Shown: positions 55,329-59,904 of the stretch, piece by piece
Layout of the letters: every line of letters begins with the position of its first letter
Numbering within the stretch: the stretch's first letter is position 1
Source of the DNA: Usitatibacter sp.
GTDB taxonomy: Bacteria; Pseudomonadota; Gammaproteobacteria; Burkholderiales; Usitatibacteraceae
DNA length: 59,904 bases
Direction: 5' to 3'
Assembly (NCBI GenBank): GCA_039929025.1
Contig: JBDSRZ010000162.1
Location: 1 to 59,904, forward strand
Notes under the pieces: generated by a model
Databases searched by the model: none
What the model was told of the DNA's origin: nothing
The model's input: only the letters and a program-made list of their open reading frames with translations
Translations under genes and position numbers: made by a program

Positions 55329-56199
55329 CGAGGCGATTATCGAGCGCGCCCGGCAGCGTCGTGGGCGGATCGTGCTGCCCGAGACGGGCGACGAGCGGAT
55401 TGTCGAGGCCGCGCGCCGGCTGAACGAAGAAGGCATCGCGGAGGCGATCCTTCCCGATCCCGCGACCAGCACGCGGCTCGAGGCGTACGCGGCGCTCTAT
55501 CCCAATCCAGCGGTCGCCCACCGCGCGGCGCGCAAGCCCCTGTTCCATGCGGGCCTGATGGTGAAGGCCGGCGATGCCGACGCGATGCTCGCGGGCGCGG
55601 CCCATCCCACTGCGCGGGTGATCGAGGCCGGCATGATGACCATCGGACTCGCCGACGCAATACGCACGCCGTCGAGCTTCTTCCTCATGGTGCTGCACGA
55701 CCAGGTGCTGGTGTACGCCGATTGCGCGGTGAATCCCGATCCCGATGCGCAGGCGTTGGCGGATATCGCCATCGCATCGGCCGCCAGCTGCCGCGCCCTC
55801 CTTCAGGTCGAACCCCGCGTGGCGATGCTCTCCTTCTCGACCAAGGCAAGCGCCACCCACCCGCGCGTGAACAAGGTGTTGCGGGCCTTGGAGCTCGCCC
55901 GCGAGCGCGCGCCCGGCCTTGCGATCGACGGCGAGCTCCAAGCCGACGCGGCGCTGGTCGCGCGCGTCGCGGAAAAAAAAGTGCGGGGCCCGAGCGAGGT
56001 GGCGGGCCGCGCGAACGTGCTCATCTTCCCGGACCTCGACTCCGGCAACATCGCCTACAAGCTCACGCAGCACCTGGCGCACGCCCAGGCCATAGGCCCG
56101 ATCCTGCAAGGGTTCGCGAAGCCGGTAGGCGACCTGTCGCGCGGCGCGACCATCGACGACATCGTCGCGACCGCCGCGGTCCTGATGGCCTTGGCCTAG
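55297..56199 (+). CDS. pta: Phosphate acetyltransferase
   Basis: [55 protein letters not shown]. Confidence 0.92.
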   Translation: MAVNWGQSPVLEAIIERARQRRGRIVLPETGDERIVEAARRLNEEGIAEAILPDPATSTRLEAYAALYPNPAVAHRAARKPLFHAGLMVKAGDADAMLAGAAHPTARVIEAGMMTIGLADAIRTPSSFFLMVLHDQVLVYADCAVNPDPDAQALADIAIASAASCRALLQVEPRVAMLSFSTKASATHPRVNKVLRALELARERAPGLAIDGELQADAALVARVAEKKVRGPSEVAGRANVLIFPDLDSGNIAYKLTQHLAHAQAIGPILQGFAKPVGDLSRGATIDDIVATAAVLMALA

Positions 56200-56265
56200 G
56201 AAACGAAGGCGGCGCTGCGAGCGGATCGTCGCGCCGGCGGTCTCGAGCCTCGACCGCGAAAGCCG

Positions 56266-57408
56266 CTAGCGCGCATCGATCGGCGTGTAGTCGCGCGGCG
56301 CGGGACCGCTATAGACGGTGAGCGGGCGGATGAGGATGTTGCTCTCCATCTGCTCCATCACCTGCACCGTCCAACCCGGCACCCGCCCCACGGCGAAGAT
56401 CGGCACGAACAGGTCGTTGGCGATGCCGTTAAGGTAATAGACCACGCCGGCGTAGAAATCGACGTTGACGTTCACGCCGTGGCGGGCATAGGGCTTCATC
56501 GCCTCCACCAGCGCCGCGAGGATCTGGTACCACCTGGGCTCTCCCATCTCGCGCGAAAGCTTCTCCACGCCGGCACGCATGTGGCGGGCGCGCGGGTCCT
56601 CGGCCTTGTAGACGCGGTGCCCGAAACCCATGATCGCCTCGCGGTTGCCGCGCTTTGCCTTCACGTACTCCGCCGCCCTCGCGGGATCGCCGATTTCCTT
56701 CGCCATCCGCATCACGTTCTCCGCGGCCCCGCCGTGCGCCGGCCCCGAGAGCGCCCCGATCGCGGCGACCATCGCCGCGTGCAGGTTGGCCTCGGTGCCC
56801 GCCACCACCCGCGCCGTGAACGCCGACGCATTCGATCCGTGCTCCGCGTGCAGGATCATGTCCATGTCCATGAGCTTCGCCGCGTCGGCGCTCGGCTCCC
56901 GACCCTTCAGCATGTAGAGGAAGTTCGCGGCATGGCCGAGCGTCTTGCTGGGCGCCACGGGCTCCCGACCGTTGCGGATGTGCTCGTGGGCGGCGACGAT
57001 CATCGGCACCTGCGAGGTGAGGCGGATGCCCTTGCGCAGGATCGCCTCGCGCGCGTTGTCGGCGACCTCCGGGTCGAAGGCCGCGAGCGCCGAGACCGCG
57101 GTGCGCAGCACGTCCATGGGATGGCCCGCCCTCACGATGCGGATCACCTCGTAGATCGCGGCCGGGAGCTCGCGCTCCTGGTTAAGCTGCCCCGTGAGAT
57201 CGGCCAGTTGTGAGCGCGTGGGCAGCTCGCCCATGAAGAGCAGATGGCAGGTCTCCTCGAAGCTCGAGCGCTCCGCCAGGTCGTGGATCGAATAACCCCG
57301 GTAACGCAGCTCCCCCGCCCGCCCGTCGATGTCGCACACCGCCGAGCGGTCGAAATTCACGCCCTTCAGGCCGCGGTGGATCTGCTCCTTTTTCGCTTCC
57401 TCTTCCAT
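56266..57408 (-). CDS. Citrate synthase / 2-methylcitrate synthase family (short form)
   Basis: LRYRGY, HAEHGSNAS, GPAHGGA, MGFGHRVYK, NVDFY. Confidence 0.9.
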   Translation of the reverse strand: MEEEAKKEQIHRGLKGVNFDRSAVCDIDGRAGELRYRGYSIHDLAERSSFEETCHLLFMGELPTRSQLADLTGQLNQERELPAAIYEVIRIVRAGHPMDVLRTAVSALAAFDPEVADNAREAILRKGIRLTSQVPMIVAAHEHIRNGREPVAPSKTLGHAANFLYMLKGREPSADAAKLMDMDMILHAEHGSNASAFTARVVAGTEANLHAAMVAAIGALSGPAHGGAAENVMRMAKEIGDPARAAEYVKAKRGNREAIMGFGHRVYKAEDPRARHMRAGVEKLSREMGEPRWYQILAALVEAMKPYARHGVNVNVDFYAGVVYYLNGIANDLFVPIFAVGRVPGWTVQVMEQMESNILIRPLTVYSGPAPRDYTPIDAR

Positions 57409-57509
57409 GCCGCCATGGTAAACCGGCCGCGCACGGTCGGAAAGAAGTTGGGCATATACTGTTCCGGCAAATGAGATTTTTCCATTCGTTTCCAGTGGAG
57501 GAGCAAGGG

Positions 57510-59297
57510 ATGAACGACATGACCGGGGCGAGCCGCGCGGTTGTTCGCGGCAAGGTGAAGATGACGCCTTCGGAAGCGATGGTGGAGACGATGGTCGCGC
57601 AGGGCGTGACCGATGTCTTCGGCATCGTCGGCTCCGCGTACATGGACGCGCTCGACATCTTTCCCGCCGCCGGCATCCGCTTCATCCCCGTGGCGCACGA
57701 GCAGGGCGCGGTCCACATGGCCGACGGTTACGCGCGCGTCTCCGGCCGCCATGGCGTGTGCATCGCGCAGAACGGCCCCGGCGTCACCAACTTCGTGACC
57801 GGCGTGGCCGCCGCCTACTGGGCGCATTCACCGGTGGTCGTGATTACCCCGGAGACCGGATCGGTCTCCATCGGCCTGGGCGGCTTCCAGGAAACCGAGC
57901 AGCTGCCGATCTTCTCCAAGATCACCAAGTACCAGGGCCACGTGATGAACCAGAAGCGCATGGCGGAGATCACCGCGCGCTGCTTCGACCGCGCGATGCT
58001 CGACATGGGCCCCACGCAGTTGAACATCCCGCGCGACTTCTTCTACGGCGACATCGAATGCGAGATCCCGAGGCCGATCCGCATCGGCCTGGGCGCGGGC
58101 GACGAGACGGCGCTCGACGAGGCGGCGAAGCTGCTGGCCGCGGCCAAATTCCCGGTGATCCTCTCCGGCGGCGGCGTGATCATGGGCGGGGCGACGAAGG
58201 AAGCGGTCGCGCTCGCGGAGCTGCTGCACGCGCCGGTCGCCTGCAGCTACCTGCACAACGACGCCTTCCCCGCCTCGCACCCGCTCTGGGTCGGCCCCCT
58301 TGGCTACCAGGGCTCGAAGGCGGCGATGAAGCTGATCTCGAAGGCCGACGTGGTGCTCGCCCTCGGCACCCGCCTGGGCCCTTTCGGCACGCTCCCGCAG
58401 TACGGCATGGAGTACTGGCCGAAGGACGCGAAGATCATCCAGGTCGATGCCGACGCGCACATGCTGGGCCTGGTGAAGACGATCTCGGTGGGCATCTGCG
58501 GCGACGCGCGTGCCGCGGCAGCTGCGCTCGCCCGGCGCCTGGCGGGCCAGTCCCTCGCCTGCCAGCAGAACAAGGCCGAGCGCGACAGCGCGATCAAGTC
58601 CGAGAAAGCCGCCTGGGAAAAGGAGCTCGGGGAGTGGACCCACGAAACCGACGCCTACTCGGTGGAGATCTCGAAGGACAGCGGCCACATGCACCCGCGC
58701 CAGATGCTGCGCGCCCTTGAGCGCGCCATGCCCGCGGGTGCCATGGTCTCGACCGACATCGGCAACATCTGCTCGGTGTCGAATTCCTACCTGCGTTTCG
58801 ACGAGCCCCGCTCGATGCTCGCCGCGATGAGCTTCGGCAACTGCGGCTACGCGTTCCCGGTCGCCTGCGGCGCCAAGCTCGCGCGCCCAGACCGGCCGGC
58901 GATCGCCTACGTGGGCGACGGCGCCTTCGGAATCAGCCTGAACGAGCTCCTCACCTGCGCGCGCGAGAAGATCGGCGTGACCGTGGTGGTGTTCAACAAC
59001 GGCCAGTGGGGGGCCGAGAAGAAGAACCACGTCGACTTCTACTCCCGGCGCTACGTCGGCGTGGAGCTCGAGAATCCCAGCTGGGCGGGGATCGCGAAGT
59101 CCTTCGGCTGCGAGGGCGTGGTGGTCGACAAGGTCGGCGACGTGGGCGCCGCGCTGCAGGATTCGGTGAAGCGCCAGGCCGACGGCAAGACGACGCTGAT
59201 CGAGATGATGGTCACCAAGGAGCTGGGCGATCCGTTCCGCCGCGACGCCCTGTCGAAACCCGTACGGCACCTGGAGAAGTACAAGACGTTCGTCTGA
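57510..59297 (+). CDS. xsc: Sulfoacetaldehyde acetyltransferase
   Basis: GGAGGAG RBS; FGIVGSAYMD, HEQGA, AQNGPG, AYWAHSP, SFGNCGY, GDGA...NNGQWGAEKKN, LGDPFRRDAL. Confidence 0.95.
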   Translation: MNDMTGASRAVVRGKVKMTPSEAMVETMVAQGVTDVFGIVGSAYMDALDIFPAAGIRFIPVAHEQGAVHMADGYARVSGRHGVCIAQNGPGVTNFVTGVAAAYWAHSPVVVITPETGSVSIGLGGFQETEQLPIFSKITKYQGHVMNQKRMAEITARCFDRAMLDMGPTQLNIPRDFFYGDIECEIPRPIRIGLGAGDETALDEAAKLLAAAKFPVILSGGGVIMGGATKEAVALAELLHAPVACSYLHNDAFPASHPLWVGPLGYQGSKAAMKLISKADVVLALGTRLGPFGTLPQYGMEYWPKDAKIIQVDADAHMLGLVKTISVGICGDARAAAAALARRLAGQSLACQQNKAERDSAIKSEKAAWEKELGEWTHETDAYSVEISKDSGHMHPRQMLRALERAMPAGAMVSTDIGNICSVSNSYLRFDEPRSMLAAMSFGNCGYAFPVACGAKLARPDRPAIAYVGDGAFGISLNELLTCAREKIGVTVVVFNNGQWGAEKKNHVDFYSRRYVGVELENPSWAGIAKSFGCEGVVVDKVGDVGAALQDSVKRQADGKTTLIEMMVTKELGDPFRRDALSKPVRHLEKYKTFV

Positions 59298-59298
59298 T

Positions 59299-59350
59299 GG
59301 GGGACGGACCCGCGTTTCGCCGCCTGAAATGAGGGTCCGTCCCCGGTTTC
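59299..59350. repeat. Family-B inverted doublet directly after the xsc stop
   Basis: GGGGACGGACCC ... GGGTCCGTCCCC; shares 24 identical bp with 17525-17548. Confidence 0.8.
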
Positions 59351-59373
59351 ATAACCCGGAGGAGGAGATAACA

Positions 59374-59904
59374 ATGAGAAGGATCCGCTGGAACATTGCC
59401 GGCGCCGCCGTGATGCTCGCGGCCGTGATGCTGGCACCCGCAATATCGCTCGCGCAGAAGACCGTCAAGATCCGCGTGCAGTCGGTGATCCCGACCAGCG
59501 CGGATGAAGTCACGATGCTGAAGGAGTTCGCCGCCGACGTGGCGGCCCTCACCAACAACACCGTCACCTTCGAGATCCTGCCGGCCGGGGCGCTGGTCCC
59601 CGTGAACGACACGCTCGATGCGGTCGACAAGGGCCTGATCGAGGGCGGCTTCGCGTGGACTCACTACTGGTCGGGCAAGCACCCGGCGGCGACGCTCTTC
59701 GGCTCACCCGCGGCGGGCTCGGGCCTCGGCATGGACAATTTCGCCTGGGTCTCGTGGTTCCTGTACGGCGGTGGCTCGCAGCTCTACGACCAGCTGTGGA
59801 AGGAGATGAAGGTCAACGTGAAGGGCTTCATCCTGCAGCCGGTGGGCCCCGAGGCGCTCGGCTGGTTCAAGAAGCCGATCAACAGCATGGCCGACTTCCG
59901 CAAG
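59374..59904 (+). CDS. TRAP transporter substrate-binding protein DctP (3' truncated)
   Basis: GGAGGAG RBS, signal peptide, FEILPAGALVP, DAVDKGLIEGG, YWSGKHPAATLFG. Confidence 0.88.
   Translation, partial: MRRIRWNIAGAAVMLAAVMLAPAISLAQKTVKIRVQSVIPTSADEVTMLKEFAADVAALTNNTVTFEILPAGALVPVNDTLDAVDKGLIEGGFAWTHYWSGKHPAATLFGSPAAGSGLGMDNFAWVSWFLYGGGSQLYDQLWKEMKVNVKGFILQPVGPEALGWFKKPINSMADFRK

Noticed and set aside
1-59904. tRNA, rRNA, riboswitch, integrase or prophage genes
   Set aside because: None recognised by eye; intergenic gaps are short. A covariance-model scan would be needed to exclude small RNAs, for example in 5156-5448.

Overview
GC-rich bacterial DNA, most likely betaproteobacterial (inferred from Bug/TctC receptors, sauST, xsc and codon style), dominated by sulfur and organosulfonate metabolism. 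In order: 3' part of aprA with three small downstream genes; a HipA toxin-antitoxin pair bracketed by an intact and a decayed copy of a 52-aa gene, then a nucleotidyltransferase pair; a seven-gene redox operon (5449-15961: three multiheme cytochromes with 5, 4 and 10 CxxCH, a probable outer-membrane barrel, a membrane-anchored FAD/2Fe-2S reductase, a cNMP-binding/4x[4Fe-4S] fusion and a 4-His membrane protein) that I cannot assign to a characterised system; a LysR gene followed by a collapsed soeA/soeC remnant and a TauE exporter; a thiol dioxygenase/Bug pair divergent from an acyl-CoA ligase-larA-like-larC-larE-larB operon whose LarA appears to lack canonical catalytic residues; CoA-transferases; sauT/sauS with a tripartite tricarboxylate transporter; TauD; a sulfonate-type ABC transporter with IclR; BCCP plus carboxyltransferase; BKACE, pta, citrate synthase, xsc and a partial TRAP DctP. 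A REP-associated tyrosine transposase (45842-46582) accompanies 14 exact and 2 degenerate GGGGTC(A/T)GACCCC palindromes, most of which lie in frame inside protein-coding genes. No rRNA, tRNA or CRISPR array was recognised. All calls come from reading motifs by eye; no database searches were run.
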